59,668 nucleotides of DNA from Desulfovibrionaceae bacterium (GCA_040307025.1 JAWRKJ010000291.1:1-59668), one strand, 5' to 3'; shown: positions 41,304-51,744, counted from the first letter of the stretch. Notes: generated by a model not told the origin, from the letters alone. Translations and numbers: made by a program.

Positions 41304-41397
41304 TTTCTCCCGGACCCATCTCCCCATAGCTTCTCCTGCCTTATCAACCCGCTGCCGGGGGCTCGCCCTGAGGCGGGTTTTTGTTTACCCTTTCGCC

Positions 41398-42264
41398 ATG
41401 GACTACGTCGGTACCGTGATTCGTCCGCCGAGCGAGGCGGACAGTATTCTGCTCCAGGCCGCTTTCGGCTGCCCCCACAACGCGTGCGCCTTTTGCGGCG
41501 CCTATCGCGACAAGCCGTATGGCCTGAAGGACGAGGCCGCCTTGCTCGCCGACCTCGACTGGGCCGCCGTCCATTGCCGCCGCCAACGCCGGGTGTTTTT
41601 GTGCGACGGCGACGTGCTGGCCCTGCCGGTGGCCCGGCTGCGCCGGTTGCTTGCCGCCATCCGGGAGCGCCTGCCCTGGGTCACCCGGGTGGCGTCTTAT
41701 GCCTCGGGGGCGAGCCTTGGCCGACGGTCCGACGCCGAACTCCTTATCCTGCGCCGTGACGGCCTGGGCATGCTCTATGTGGGTCTGGAATCCGGCGACG
41801 AAACCGTGCTTGCCGCCATGAACAAGGCCGAGAGCGCGGCCAGCATCGTGGCCGGCGGTCGTCGCGCCAAGGCGGCCGGGTTCAAGCTCTCGGTCACGGT
41901 GCTGCTCGGGCTGGCCGGGCCCGAAGGTTCCGAACGCCATGCCCGTCTGACCGGGGAGGCGCTGACCACCCTGGCTCCGGATCAGGCTGCGGCGTTATCG
42001 TTGATGCTCATTGACGGCACCCCCCTGGACACGTTGGCCCGGCAGGGCCGGTTCACGCTCCTCGGGTCGGACGGGCTGCTGGCCGAACTCCACACCCTGC
42101 TTAGCCATACAGACTATCGGGGGCTTTTTTTCGCCAACCACGCCTCCAACCATCTGCCCCTGCGGTTACGCCTGCCCCGGGACAAGGCCGACGGCCTGGC
42201 CCGCATCGAGGCCGCCTTGGCCGGGACCATCCCCCTGCGCCCCGAAGCCTTGCGCCGCCTGTAG
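41398..42264 (+). CDS. Radical SAM protein (RPPSEA subfamily, function unknown)
   Basis: IRPPSEADSILLQ, CPHNACAFC, FLCDGD, GLESG, NHASN. Confidence 0.88.
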   Translation: MDYVGTVIRPPSEADSILLQAAFGCPHNACAFCGAYRDKPYGLKDEAALLADLDWAAVHCRRQRRVFLCDGDVLALPVARLRRLLAAIRERLPWVTRVASYASGASLGRRSDAELLILRRDGLGMLYVGLESGDETVLAAMNKAESAASIVAGGRRAKAAGFKLSVTVLLGLAGPEGSERHARLTGEALTTLAPDQAAALSLMLIDGTPLDTLARQGRFTLLGSDGLLAELHTLLSHTDYRGLFFANHASNHLPLRLRLPRDKADGLARIEAALAGTIPLRPEALRRL

Positions 42265-42273
42265 CGTCGCGGC

Positions 42274-43131
42274 TCAGACGCCGGTCCGATGGGACAGGTG
42301 GCTGGGGTAGCGGGCCATGTCCGCCAGCCAGTTCTCCGGGATGTCGCCGGCAAAGTAGTCGCGGACAAAGGCGTACTGGTCGGCAAGCTGGTGGTAGACT
42401 TGACGACGGGTCTTGTCGGTGAGTCGTGCGGCGACCGGGCTCTTGCTGGCGTTGATCCGCAAGCCGTAGCGGCCGGGCAGAAAATCGATTTCACAGAATT
42501 CGCAGACGCGGCGGATGGTATCGTCGCAAAACAGCCGTTCGTAAAACAGGTACAGGACCTGCCCCGGTGCGGCCCGGTCGTAGTCCGTGAGCGTGCGCCG
42601 GTAGTCTGCCCGGACCCTGAGGTGGTTCGAATACAGGCTGGTGCGGATGTATTGGTCCGGGTTTTGCAAATCGATATCCAGGGAGTGGAGCATGTAAAAG
42701 GCGTTGGAGATGAACCGCTCCATGGGGTTGCGGAGGAGGAAAATGAATTTGACCTTGGGGTGCAGGGCCGTGATGCGTTTGACCATGGCGCTATTCAGCA
42801 GGCAATAGGCCGGGGAGAATTCGCCGAAGCAACGCTCGCCGGCCATATACTGCTCGAAATACTTGAGATACAGCCCCGGGTCCTCGATCATGTCCACCCG
42901 CATGCGGATGTGGTCCCGGTTGTCGACGGTTTCGCCGAGGGTGAGCAGACTGTGGATGTAGACGTGGTCGAAATAGGCGCAGGTGTCGGGCAGGAACCGG
43001 GCATCGAAGTAATGCAGTTCCTTGAGCGGCGACATGTAGAACTGGGGATGGCGGTTCAAATAGGTGGCCAGCCAGGTGGTGCCCGCCCGGGGCGCGCCAA
43101 TGCCAAGGACCAGGGTCGTGCCGTCGTGCAT
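42274..43131 (-). CDS. Sulfotransferase family protein
   Basis: 5'-PSB GAPRAGTTWL, KELHYF, EFSPAY, 3'-PB LRNPMERFIS. Confidence 0.85.
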   Translation of the reverse strand: MHDGTTLVLGIGAPRAGTTWLATYLNRHPQFYMSPLKELHYFDARFLPDTCAYFDHVYIHSLLTLGETVDNRDHIRMRVDMIEDPGLYLKYFEQYMAGERCFGEFSPAYCLLNSAMVKRITALHPKVKFIFLLRNPMERFISNAFYMLHSLDIDLQNPDQYIRTSLYSNHLRVRADYRRTLTDYDRAAPGQVLYLFYERLFCDDTIRRVCEFCEIDFLPGRYGLRINASKSPVAARLTDKTRRQVYHQLADQYAFVRDYFAGDIPENWLADMARYPSHLSHRTGV

Positions 43132-43287
43132 GCCGTTGTCTTCCGTGTTCGGGGGGTGCCAGCGGGGCCGTGACAATCGTCCCCATATGACAAAGACGTA
43201 AGGTGGAAGACCGGGGTCACAGTCCGGGCCCCTGAAAAATTATTTCCCAGCAAGTTTCTGACGGAAGAGAAAGGCTGGTCAGAACGC

Positions 43288-43322
43288 AAAAAAGCCGGGA
43301 AGGGCGTTTGCTCCTTCCCGGC
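43288..43322 (-). terminator. Rho-independent terminator after lon
   Basis: GCCGGGAAGG-N9-CCTTCCCGGC stem with T6 on the minus strand. Confidence 0.8.
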
Positions 43323-43347
43323 CTTGTCGTTTTGGCGAACGGAGTGA

Positions 43348-45882
43348 TCAGGCTGCGGTGGTCGTCTCGGAGGCCGCGGTCTTTGTTTCCTCCCGGTCGC
43401 AGGCCAGGGGCCAGACCTCGTCGATGCGCTCCACGGGCGTGACCTTGATGCGGCCGCGCAGGTCCTTGGGGATGTCGCGCAGGTCCTTCATGTTCTGGGC
43501 CGGAATGATGGCCCGTTTCATGCCGGCAGCCACGGCGGCCAGGATCTTTTCCTTGATCCCACCCACCGGCAGCACCCGGCCGCGCAACGAGATCTCGCCG
43601 GTCATGGCCAGGTCGTTGCGCACCGGGGTGTTGGTCAAAAGCGAGATGAGAGCCGTGACCATGGTCACACCGGCCGACGGACCGTCCTTGGGCGTGGCCC
43701 CGGCCGGCACGTGGATGTGGATGTCGTGCTTGTCGAACACCTCGGGATCGATGCCGAGCTCCTTGGCCCGGGACTTGGCATAGGTGAGCGCCGCCTGGGC
43801 CGATTCCTTCATGACGTCGCCGAGCTTGCCCGTGAGCTGCAACCCGCCCTTGCCGGGCACCGTGGCCGCCTCGATGTGCAGGATAGCCCCGCCCACCGGG
43901 GTCCAGGCCAGGCCCACGGCCACGCCCGGCGGCAGATCGGCCTCGCGCTCGTCGTCCAGGAACCGGGCCGGTCCGAGCAGCTTGTCCAGGGAAGCCACCG
44001 TCACCATGAACGGCGGGGTTTCACCCTCGGCCTTGCGCCGGGCCAGTTTGCGGCACACCGAGCCCACTTCGCGTTCGAGGTTCCGCAGGCCCGCCTCCCG
44101 GGTGTAATCCCGGATGACCCGGGCCAGCACCCGGTCTGAGATGCGCATGTCGCCCGGTTCGAGCCCGTTTTCCTTGATTTGGCGCGGCAGGATGAACCGG
44201 CGCGCGATCTTCACCTTTTCCTGTTCGGTGTAGCCCGGCAGCTGGATGAGTTCCATGCGGTCGAGCAGGGGCGGCGGAATGGTGTCGAGCATGTTGGCCG
44301 TGCAGATGAACATGACCTTGGAGAGGTCGAAGGGCACGTTGAGGTAGTGATCGGAGAAGGAGAAGTTCTGCTCCGGATCAAGGACCTCAAGGAGTGCCGA
44401 CGACGGATCGCCTCGGAAATCCGAGCCGAGCTTGTCGATTTCATCGAGCATGATGACCGGGTTTCGGGTGCCGGCCTGCTTGATGTTCTGGATGACCCGG
44501 CCGGGCATGGCGCCGATGTAGGTGCGGCGGTGCCCCCGGATCTCGGCCTCGTCGCGCATGCCGCCAAGGCTCATGCGCACGAACTTGCGTCCGAGCGCCC
44601 GGGCGATGGACCGGCCAAGCGAGGTCTTGCCGACGCCGGGCGGGCCGACAAAGCACAGGATCGGGCCTTTCATGCCCGGGTTGAGCTTGCGCACGGACAG
44701 GTATTCGAGGATGCGCTCCTTGACCTTTTCCAGGTCGTAGTGGTCTTCGTCCAGGATGGTCTTGGCTTCCTTGATGTCGAGCCGGTCCTTGGACTGCTTT
44801 TTCCAAGGGAGATCCACGATCCAGTCGAGGTAGGTCCGTATGACGGTCGCCTCGGAGGAATCGGGATGCATGGAAGCCAGCCGCTTGAACTGCTTGTCCG
44901 TCTCCTTCTTGACGTCTTTCGGCAGTCCGGCCTTGTCCAGGGCGTTCTTGAGCTCTTCGAGCTCGTCGGTCTCTTCGCCACCCTCGCCCAGTTCCCGGCG
45001 GATGGCCTTCATCTGCTCGCGCAGGAAGAAGTCCTTCTGGGCCTTGTCCATGCCTTCCTTGGCCATGTTCTGGATCTTGGCCTGCATGGCCGCCACTTCG
45101 GCTTCCTTGACGAGCTGCTCGTTGACCAGGCGCAACCGCTCGATGGGGTCTTCGCATTCGAGCAGCCGCTGGGCTTCCTCGACCCGCATGCGCAGGTTGG
45201 AGGCGACCAGGTCGGCCAGCCGGCCCGGTTCGTTGACGCTGTTGAGCACGGCCATGATGTCGGCCGAGGCCATGCCGCGAAGCGACAGGATCTTTTCGCT
45301 TTCCTCCCGGGCGGCCCGCATCATGGCTTCCTGTTCGAGGGTGACCTCCTTGGTCTCGCGCTCGCCGAGGATGGCCACCTTGGCCATGTGGAAGGGCTCG
45401 GTCTGGATAAAGGACTCCACCTTGGCCCGGGTCAGGCCCTGGACCAGGACCTTGAGCCGGCCGTCGGGCATTTTGAGCATGCGCATGATCATGCCCACGG
45501 TGCCGACCCGGTAGAGGTCGTCCACGCCGGGTTCGTCCACCTTCTCGTCCTTCTGGGTCAGGATGAGGATGTAGCGGGAACCGTTCAGGGCCGCGTCCAC
45601 GGCCTGGACGGATTTCTCCCGGCCCACGAACAGCGGCAATATCATATAATTGAAGACCACGATGTCGCGCACCGGCAACACCGGCAGTTCCAAGGGAATG
45701 TCGGGCTGGGCCTTGTCCTCGGGGTCGGACTCCTTGGCCACGGGGGGACTGTCGGCCGCCGGGGACGCGCTGTCCTCGGGGAGGGCCGTCTTTTCCGGGG
45801 CCTCGGGTGCGTCGGCATCGGCTCTCGGCTCGGAAGCGTCCACGGCCCCGGGGGACACTTTCGGATCGGATTCGTTGACCAT
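43348..45882 (-). CDS. lon: ATP-dependent Lon protease
   Basis: LON N-domain (LPVRD), GPPGVGKTS, DEIDK, catalytic PKDGPSAG and GGIKEK. Confidence 0.97.
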   Translation of the reverse strand: MVNESDPKVSPGAVDASEPRADADAPEAPEKTALPEDSASPAADSPPVAKESDPEDKAQPDIPLELPVLPVRDIVVFNYMILPLFVGREKSVQAVDAALNGSRYILILTQKDEKVDEPGVDDLYRVGTVGMIMRMLKMPDGRLKVLVQGLTRAKVESFIQTEPFHMAKVAILGERETKEVTLEQEAMMRAAREESEKILSLRGMASADIMAVLNSVNEPGRLADLVASNLRMRVEEAQRLLECEDPIERLRLVNEQLVKEAEVAAMQAKIQNMAKEGMDKAQKDFFLREQMKAIRRELGEGGEETDELEELKNALDKAGLPKDVKKETDKQFKRLASMHPDSSEATVIRTYLDWIVDLPWKKQSKDRLDIKEAKTILDEDHYDLEKVKERILEYLSVRKLNPGMKGPILCFVGPPGVGKTSLGRSIARALGRKFVRMSLGGMRDEAEIRGHRRTYIGAMPGRVIQNIKQAGTRNPVIMLDEIDKLGSDFRGDPSSALLEVLDPEQNFSFSDHYLNVPFDLSKVMFICTANMLDTIPPPLLDRMELIQLPGYTEQEKVKIARRFILPRQIKENGLEPGDMRISDRVLARVIRDYTREAGLRNLEREVGSVCRKLARRKAEGETPPFMVTVASLDKLLGPARFLDDEREADLPPGVAVGLAWTPVGGAILHIEAATVPGKGGLQLTGKLGDVMKESAQAALTYAKSRAKELGIDPEVFDKHDIHIHVPAGATPKDGPSAGVTMVTALISLLTNTPVRNDLAMTGEISLRGRVLPVGGIKEKILAAVAAGMKRAIIPAQNMKDLRDIPKDLRGRIKVTPVERIDEVWPLACDREETKTAASETTTAA

Positions 45883-45995
45883 AGCAGCTCACTCCTTCCT
45901 GGCCGCCTGCCGGCGGCGTCTGGATGCGGCCGGAGGGCCGGCGGCCTTGAGCCGTCAGCCCCCGGCGGGTCGGTATGTTTTTTACGCGCGTGGCA

Positions 45996-46271
45996 TCAGC
46001 CCCGGATCTGAAACTCCGGGTAATGCTTTTCGTATTCGATGCTCTCCGCCTTGACGGACTGGACCCGGGACAGGGGTGAACCCTGGTACAGGCGTTCCTT
46101 GAGGGCATCGAGCCCTTCCGGCGCGCCCTGGGCCAGGATTTCCACCTTGCCGTCCTGGAGGTTGCGCACCCAGCCCGTGAGGCCGAGGCTCTGCGCCTGA
46201 TCAAAGACCCAGGCTCGGAAATACACACCTTGGACCGTACCGGTAACGGTTGCGTGCAGGCTTGGCGTCAT
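45996..46271 (-). CDS. acyP: Acylphosphatase
   Basis: GTVQGVYFR, GWVRNLQDGKVE. Confidence 0.93.
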   Translation of the reverse strand: MTPSLHATVTGTVQGVYFRAWVFDQAQSLGLTGWVRNLQDGKVEILAQGAPEGLDALKERLYQGSPLSRVQSVKAESIEYEKHYPEFQIRG

Positions 46272-46325
46272 GGGTCCATTCTCCTTGTTGTCGCGTCTGG
46301 CGTTGGGAAACCGCGGCCTTGGCCG

Positions 46326-47012
46326 TTACAGCATCCCTTCGGCCTGGAAACTGAAAAAGCGGTTGTCCGTGACCACCAAATGGTCCAGCACCCGGACATC
46401 AAGCTCGTGGGCGGCCTGCCGGATGCGCCTCGTGAATTCAATGTCCTGGATGGAGGGCTTGGGGTCGGACCCGGGATGGTTGTGGACGAGGATGATGCCG
46501 CTGGCCTTGCGGGCGAGCGCCACGCCCAGCACCTCCCGGGGATAGACCGCCGCCTGGTCCACGGTGCCCTTGCTGATCCGTTCCCAGCCGATGAGCCGGT
46601 TTTTGTTGTCGAGCAGGGCCATCCAGAACTCCTCGTGCTCCGCGGTCCCGAGCCGGGCCTTGGCCGCCTCGGCCACGATGTCGGGACTGTTGAAGGTCAC
46701 CCGGTCCCGCAGAGGCTGTTCGTGAAACCGGGCCCAGGCCTCGCGCCACAGGGTGAGAAACTCCTCGAGCCCGGGACCGAAACCCTCCACCCCCCGCAAT
46801 TCCCCCATTCGGGCGGTCAGCGTGCCCCGCAGGGTGCCGAACCGGGCCAACAGCTCCTTGGCCAGGGGTTTGTTGTCGCGGCGGACGTTGACATAGCCCA
46901 AGAGCAACTCCAGGACCTCGTAATCGGCCAGCGCCCGGGGATCTTCCATGAGCCGGTCCTTGAGGCGTCGTCGATGGCCAAGGTAGTGGGGACGTTCTTT
47001 CTTATTAAGCAT
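46326..47012 (-). CDS. radC: RadC family JAB-domain protein
   Basis: GHRRRL, ELLELL-like segment, YPREV, HNHPGSDPKPS-x2-D, LDHLVV. Confidence 0.92.
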   Translation of the reverse strand: MLNKKERPHYLGHRRRLKDRLMEDPRALADYEVLELLLGYVNVRRDNKPLAKELLARFGTLRGTLTARMGELRGVEGFGPGLEEFLTLWREAWARFHEQPLRDRVTFNSPDIVAEAAKARLGTAEHEEFWMALLDNKNRLIGWERISKGTVDQAAVYPREVLGVALARKASGIILVHNHPGSDPKPSIQDIEFTRRIRQAAHELDVRVLDHLVVTDNRFFSFQAEGML

Positions 47013-47098
47013 GGCTGTGGGCCTGGGCAAGACTTATTGGGGAAAAACCGCGGTTCCAGCCGGCCGAATCCGGTGCTGGCCGGGGAATTCAGGGGAAA

Positions 47099-48091
47099 TC
47101 ATGGCCGAAATCGCTCCCGGGACCCGGTTGGACCGCCCAAAATTCGGAAAAGTTCCGCCGTGAGCCGCTCCATGGCCTGATCCGGCCGTCTGGCTCCGGA
47201 TTTGATCCCGGCCTCGGCCGTAAAGGCGGCTTCGAAAATCCGGGCCAGTCCGGCCGCACCCAGGCGCCGGGCCATGGCCTGCTTTTTTTCGAGCACGTAA
47301 GGCGGCAGGCGGATGTCCGAACCCTCGCCCGCGGCCAGCCGCCACATGGTCCGGGCCTCGTAGAGCAGCAGACCCAGAAACGGAAAGACCATTTCCTCCC
47401 CGGCCAGCTCCTTGTCGAAAATTTCGCGCCAGACCGCCGCCGGATCTCGCCGGCTGGACAGGGCGTCCAGGAAGGCGAAGCCGTCCATGCCCTCGTGGTA
47501 GGTGAGCAGGGCGAGGTCGGCCAGTTCGATCTCGGTGCGGTCGCCCAGGGCCAGTTCGAGCTTGGCCAATTCGTTGTCGGCCCGGGCCAGGTCCGGGGGC
47601 AGGGCGGCGGCGAGCCCCTCGGCCACGCCCGGTCCCAGGGCCAGGCCGCGACCGGCGGCCCAGTCGGCCAGGCGCGGCCCCATGTCCCGACGGGTCAGGC
47701 CGGGCGAGGTGAAAACCCACTTGCGCTTGACCGCCACCTTGTAAAAAGGCTGGTCGGCCAGGCCCTTGGGCAGCTTGGGCCCCTTGCGGTCAAAGGGGCC
47801 TTCCAGACAGAAAAACGGCCAGACCGCGTCGTTGAACCCGCGCAGGGCCGGGGCCAGGGCGGACCAGAATTCGGGCGGACAAGCCTCGGCCCGGCGCAGC
47901 ACCACGGCCCGGCGACCACCGAGCAGGCTCGGCACGGTCAGGGCATTCCAGTAGGACGCGCCGATTTCCTCGTCGCCCCAGAAGACTTCCTTGGCAAAGG
48001 TCGTCTTGGTGTCGGCGAGCAGGCGATCCACCCGTTCCCGGATGATTTCCGGGTCCGGACAGGCCAGAAAGGTGAAGCCGGGACGTTCCAT
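47099..48091 (-). CDS. holA: DNA polymerase III delta subunit (Desulfovibrio type)
   Basis: SLLGGRRAVVLR, NELAKLEL, AEAGIKSG...MERL; about 330 aa. Confidence 0.72.
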   Translation of the reverse strand: MERPGFTFLACPDPEIIRERVDRLLADTKTTFAKEVFWGDEEIGASYWNALTVPSLLGGRRAVVLRRAEACPPEFWSALAPALRGFNDAVWPFFCLEGPFDRKGPKLPKGLADQPFYKVAVKRKWVFTSPGLTRRDMGPRLADWAAGRGLALGPGVAEGLAAALPPDLARADNELAKLELALGDRTEIELADLALLTYHEGMDGFAFLDALSSRRDPAAVWREIFDKELAGEEMVFPFLGLLLYEARTMWRLAAGEGSDIRLPPYVLEKKQAMARRLGAAGLARIFEAAFTAEAGIKSGARRPDQAMERLTAELFRILGGPTGSRERFRP

Positions 48092-48255
48092 GGCCCGAGA
48101 GTAGCCGAGGCCCGGCCGGGGGGCAACGTCGGCGAGGCCGCTCCCGGGGCTGGCGGAGGACCGGGCAGGAATTTCCCGGCGTGTATTATGCATCGGCGCA
48201 AAGCGGCCCTCGGACCGTCACGGCCCGGACAACCGCAGCTCAGGAGCGCCTCGGC

Positions 48256-49316
48256 ATGACTATGCAATCGTCCCGGCCAATAGCGAAGCTTTCCGTCGCG
48301 GAGTTTCTGCGCTGCCATCTGATCCACCGGGACCCGCTCGTCATCCTGTCCTACGGCCTGCCGTTGAGCGCGCCCATCCAGCTTTCGCCCTTTCTGGCGG
48401 ACCGCCGGGTCTATTTCCTCAACGGCAACTGGTGGAGCCTGTGCGATCCCAAGGAATTGGCCCGGATCAAGGGGTACTATGCCCAGCTTTCGAATTGGTA
48501 CCCGAAGCACCGTTTCCTGTTTTTGACCAACGCGCCGCAGGAGGAGCAGGCCTTGGAAGCGGCCGGGCTGCCGCATTTTTTTTGTCACCACAACGCGTTC
48601 CTGGACGAAGGGATCTTCCGCCCGCTGCCGCGGGTCAAAAAAACGTTGGATGCGGTCTATACGGCCCGGCTCCACCCCTTCAAACGCCAGATTCTGGCCC
48701 GGCGCATCCCGTCCTGGGGCTTGCTGTACTATGGCGACCAGACCCGGGCCGAGTCCCAACCCGCCTACCTTGACTACCTGCGGCGGGCCATGCCCGGCAT
48801 GGTCTGCCTCAACCACGACCCTGCCACGGACACCTACCACCGTCTGACGCCCCAGGAGATGTGCCTGGCCTACAACCGGGCCCGGGTGGGGCTGTGCCTG
48901 TCCCGGGTGGAGGGCGGCAACTACGCCACCACCGAGTACCAGTTGTGCGGCCTGCCGGTGGTGTCCACACCGAGCGAGGGCGGCCGGGACGTCTTTCTGG
49001 ATCCGGAGACCAGTCGCATTGTCGAGCCGGACACCCGGGCCGTGGCCGCGGCCGTGGCAGAACTGGCTGCCAGGCGTTTTCTTCCGGGAGAGGTGCGGCT
49101 GCGCGCGCTGGCGCGCCTGCGCGAGCATCGTCTGCGTTTCATAAGCCTTGTTGAATCCATCCTGCCCGGGAGGGCCGCCCCGAACCCTTCGCCGACCGCT
49201 TCGAGGCCATTTTCGTCAACAAGATGCTTACCTACCCGGGCACGCCGGAAAAGTTTCTGGCCGCCCACGGCCTGCTGTCCGGTCCCGCGGCCCGGGCGGC
49301 CGGCGCGCCTTGTTGA
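48256..49316 (+). pseudogene. Glycosyltransferase (GT-B/GT4-like) with an apparent 1-nt frameshift near 49164
   Basis: YTARLHPFKR, YNRARVGLCLS-x2-EG-x5-EY-x2-CGLPVVST. The reading frame switches at about 49164 (see findings). Confidence 0.65.
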
Positions 49317-49348
49317 CAAGACCGGAAGCCGGGGCTAGGGGGGCTCAA

Positions 49349-49468
49349 AACGTCGAGTCCCGCCTGGGGCGGGAGCGGGGGACCCACTCCCCGGGGCGTA
49401 TCGCCAAAGCGCGTAGGGCAACCTCTTCGGCCCGAGCCCGTCAGCTAACCTCGCAGACGTCGAAGGGG
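49349..49468 (+). ncRNA. c-di-AMP riboswitch (ydaO-yuaA class)
   Basis: Conserved elements GGGGGACCC, GGGGCG, GTAGGG, CCCGAGCCCGTCAGCTAACCTCG. P1 pairs ACGTC(49350)/GACGT(49456). Located 5' of a KimA/YdaO homolog. Confidence 0.88.
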
Positions 49469-49698
49469 AAACCTCCGGAATACCGCTGGTTTCCCAAAAA
49501 CCGGTTGTCCGGAGGTCGTGTCATGTCCGCACGCGTTTTCGTGTCGGGTTCCTGCCCATTCCCGTCCGTTCGTCTGCTTCCTTGCCGTCGTGTCTGGCCT
49601 TGCGGCCGGTTTTGTTTCGCCGTCTGAGGTCTGTGTCGCGTCGCATTGCAGGCGCGTCCGTGGTCCGACCCGGGTGCGGTCCGTGAGGGGAGCCGTCC

Positions 49699-51744
49699 AT
49701 GTCCACGCCTTCTCATCTTTCGCCCTGGCGTCGTCTGCGCCGGGCCGTCATCGGCGATTCCATCAGTCTCGCCGACCAGTCGCTCTTTCACAAACTGTCG
49801 CTCATCGCCTTTTTCGCCTGGGTGGGCCTGGGCGCGGACGGGTTGTCCTCGTCCTGCTACGGACCGGCCGAGGCCTACCTGGCCCTGGGCAAGCACACCT
49901 TCCTGGCCGTGTTCGTGGCCCTGGGCACGGCGTTGACCATTTTCGTCATCAGCGCCGCCTATTCCCAGATCATCGAACTGTTCCCCTCCGGGGGCGGCGG
50001 CTACATCGTGGCCAGCTCGCTGCTTTCGCCCAAGGTGGGCATGGTCTCGGGCTGCGCGCTGCTCATCGACTACGTGCTCACCATCACTCTGTCCGTGGCC
50101 AGCGGCGCGGACGCGGTCTTCAGTTTCCTGCCCGTGTCCTGGCAACCCTGGCGCCTGTCCGTGGCCATCGCCGGGGTGGTGCTGTTGATCATGCTCAACC
50201 TGCGCGGGGTCAAGGAATCGGTCATGGCGCTCGTGCCGGTGTTCATGACCTTTGTCGTCACCCACGCCGTGATGATCGGCTACGGCTTCTTCGCCCATTT
50301 GACCGATCTGCCCGCCCTGGGCGTCCGGCTGAGCCAGGATGTGGGCGCGGCCCGCTCCGAACTCGGGACCATGGGCATGCTGCTGCTCGTGCTGCACGCC
50401 TACAGCATGGGCGCCGGCACCTATACCGGCATCGAGGCCGTGTCCAACGGCCTGCCCATCCTGCGCGAGCCCCGGGAAAAAACCGGCAAGCGCACCATGC
50501 TCTACATGGCCCTGTCCCTGTCCGTCACCGTGGTCGGGCTCATCGTCTGCTATCTGCTGTTTCGGGTCGGCCAGGAACCGGGCAAGACGCTCAATGCCGT
50601 GCTTTTTTCCGCGGTGACCGCCGGTTGGGGGCCGACCTTGGGCGGCGGGTTCGTGCTCGTGACGTTGGTGTCCGAGGCCTTGCTGCTTTTTGTGGCCGCC
50701 CAGGCCGGTTTCGTGGACGGGCCCCGGGTGCTGGCCAACATGGCCATCGACCGCTGGCTGCCCAGCCGCTTCGCCATGCTCTCGGATCGCCTCGTCACCC
50801 AGAACGGCATCCTGCTCATGGGCGTCGGCGCCCTGGTCCTCATGATCGTGTCCAACGGCTCGGTGGACCTGCTCATCGTGCTTTACAGCATCAACGTCTT
50901 CATCACCTTCGTACTGTCCCAGCTCGGCATGGTGCGCCACTGGTGGCAGGTGCGGGGGCGCGCGCCCCATTGGCGCAAGGGGCTGTGCCTGAACGGCCTG
51001 GGCTTGGTCCTCACGGCCTTCATCCTCATTATGGTGACCTGGGTGAAGTTTTTCGAGGGCGGCTGGGTGACCCTGGTCATCACCGGCTTGCTGGCGACCG
51101 CGGCCGTGTCCATCAACCGGCACTACCGGCAGGTCGGCGCGCGCATCAAAAAACTCGACGTGCTGCGGGCGGTCATCGACCCCCAAAACCCGTACACCCC
51201 GCCCATCCCCAAAAATCCCGTCCCGACCCCGCAACCGGACCTCCAGGCGCCCACGGCAGTCATTTTCGTCAGTGGCTTCAACGGCCTGGGCGTGCATACC
51301 CTGCTTTCCGTGCTGCGGCTTTTCGGCAAGGACATGAAGAACTACGTGTTCGTGCAGATCGGTGTGGTGGACGCGGCGGTGTTACGCGGCGCGGCGGAGC
51401 TGACCAAGCTCAAGGCCGACATGGCCCACGATCTGGGCACGTATGTGGAAATCCTGCGGGACCATGGCTACCATGCCGAGGCCCACTGGGCCGTGGGCAC
51501 CGATGTGGTCCAGGAGATCCTGGAACTGGCGCCGTCCATCCGGGAACGTTTTCCCCGGGCGGTCTTTTTCGGCGGGCAAATCGTGTTCGAAAAGGAAACC
51601 TTTTTCACCCGGCTGCTGCACAACTACGTGGTGTTCACCCTCCAGCGCCAGCTCTACCGGCTGGGCATGCCCTTCGTCATCATGCCGGTCCGACTCGACG
51701 AGGGGGATCGGGCCGAGCCCGCTTCCGGGGCCGTGGCGGCCTGA
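49699..51744 (+). CDS. APC-superfamily K+/H+ transporter, KimA (YdaO)-like
   Basis: ADGLSSSCYG (compare KimA DALSSVAY), AYSQII...GGGGYIVA, DYVLTITLSVASG, NLRGVKES, TGIEAVSNG; cytoplasmic C-terminal domain. Confidence 0.85.
   Translation: MSTPSHLSPWRRLRRAVIGDSISLADQSLFHKLSLIAFFAWVGLGADGLSSSCYGPAEAYLALGKHTFLAVFVALGTALTIFVISAAYSQIIELFPSGGGGYIVASSLLSPKVGMVSGCALLIDYVLTITLSVASGADAVFSFLPVSWQPWRLSVAIAGVVLLIMLNLRGVKESVMALVPVFMTFVVTHAVMIGYGFFAHLTDLPALGVRLSQDVGAARSELGTMGMLLLVLHAYSMGAGTYTGIEAVSNGLPILREPREKTGKRTMLYMALSLSVTVVGLIVCYLLFRVGQEPGKTLNAVLFSAVTAGWGPTLGGGFVLVTLVSEALLLFVAAQAGFVDGPRVLANMAIDRWLPSRFAMLSDRLVTQNGILLMGVGALVLMIVSNGSVDLLIVLYSINVFITFVLSQLGMVRHWWQVRGRAPHWRKGLCLNGLGLVLTAFILIMVTWVKFFEGGWVTLVITGLLATAAVSINRHYRQVGARIKKLDVLRAVIDPQNPYTPPIPKNPVPTPQPDLQAPTAVIFVSGFNGLGVHTLLSVLRLFGKDMKNYVFVQIGVVDAAVLRGAAELTKLKADMAHDLGTYVEILRDHGYHAEAHWAVGTDVVQEILELAPSIRERFPRAVFFGGQIVFEKETFFTRLLHNYVVFTLQRQLYRLGMPFVIMPVRLDEGDRAEPASGAVAA

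Noticed and set aside
46326-47012. radC as a marker of a mobile element
   Set aside because: Full-length chromosomal type in a holA-radC-acyP-lon housekeeping context; no integrase or att repeats nearby.
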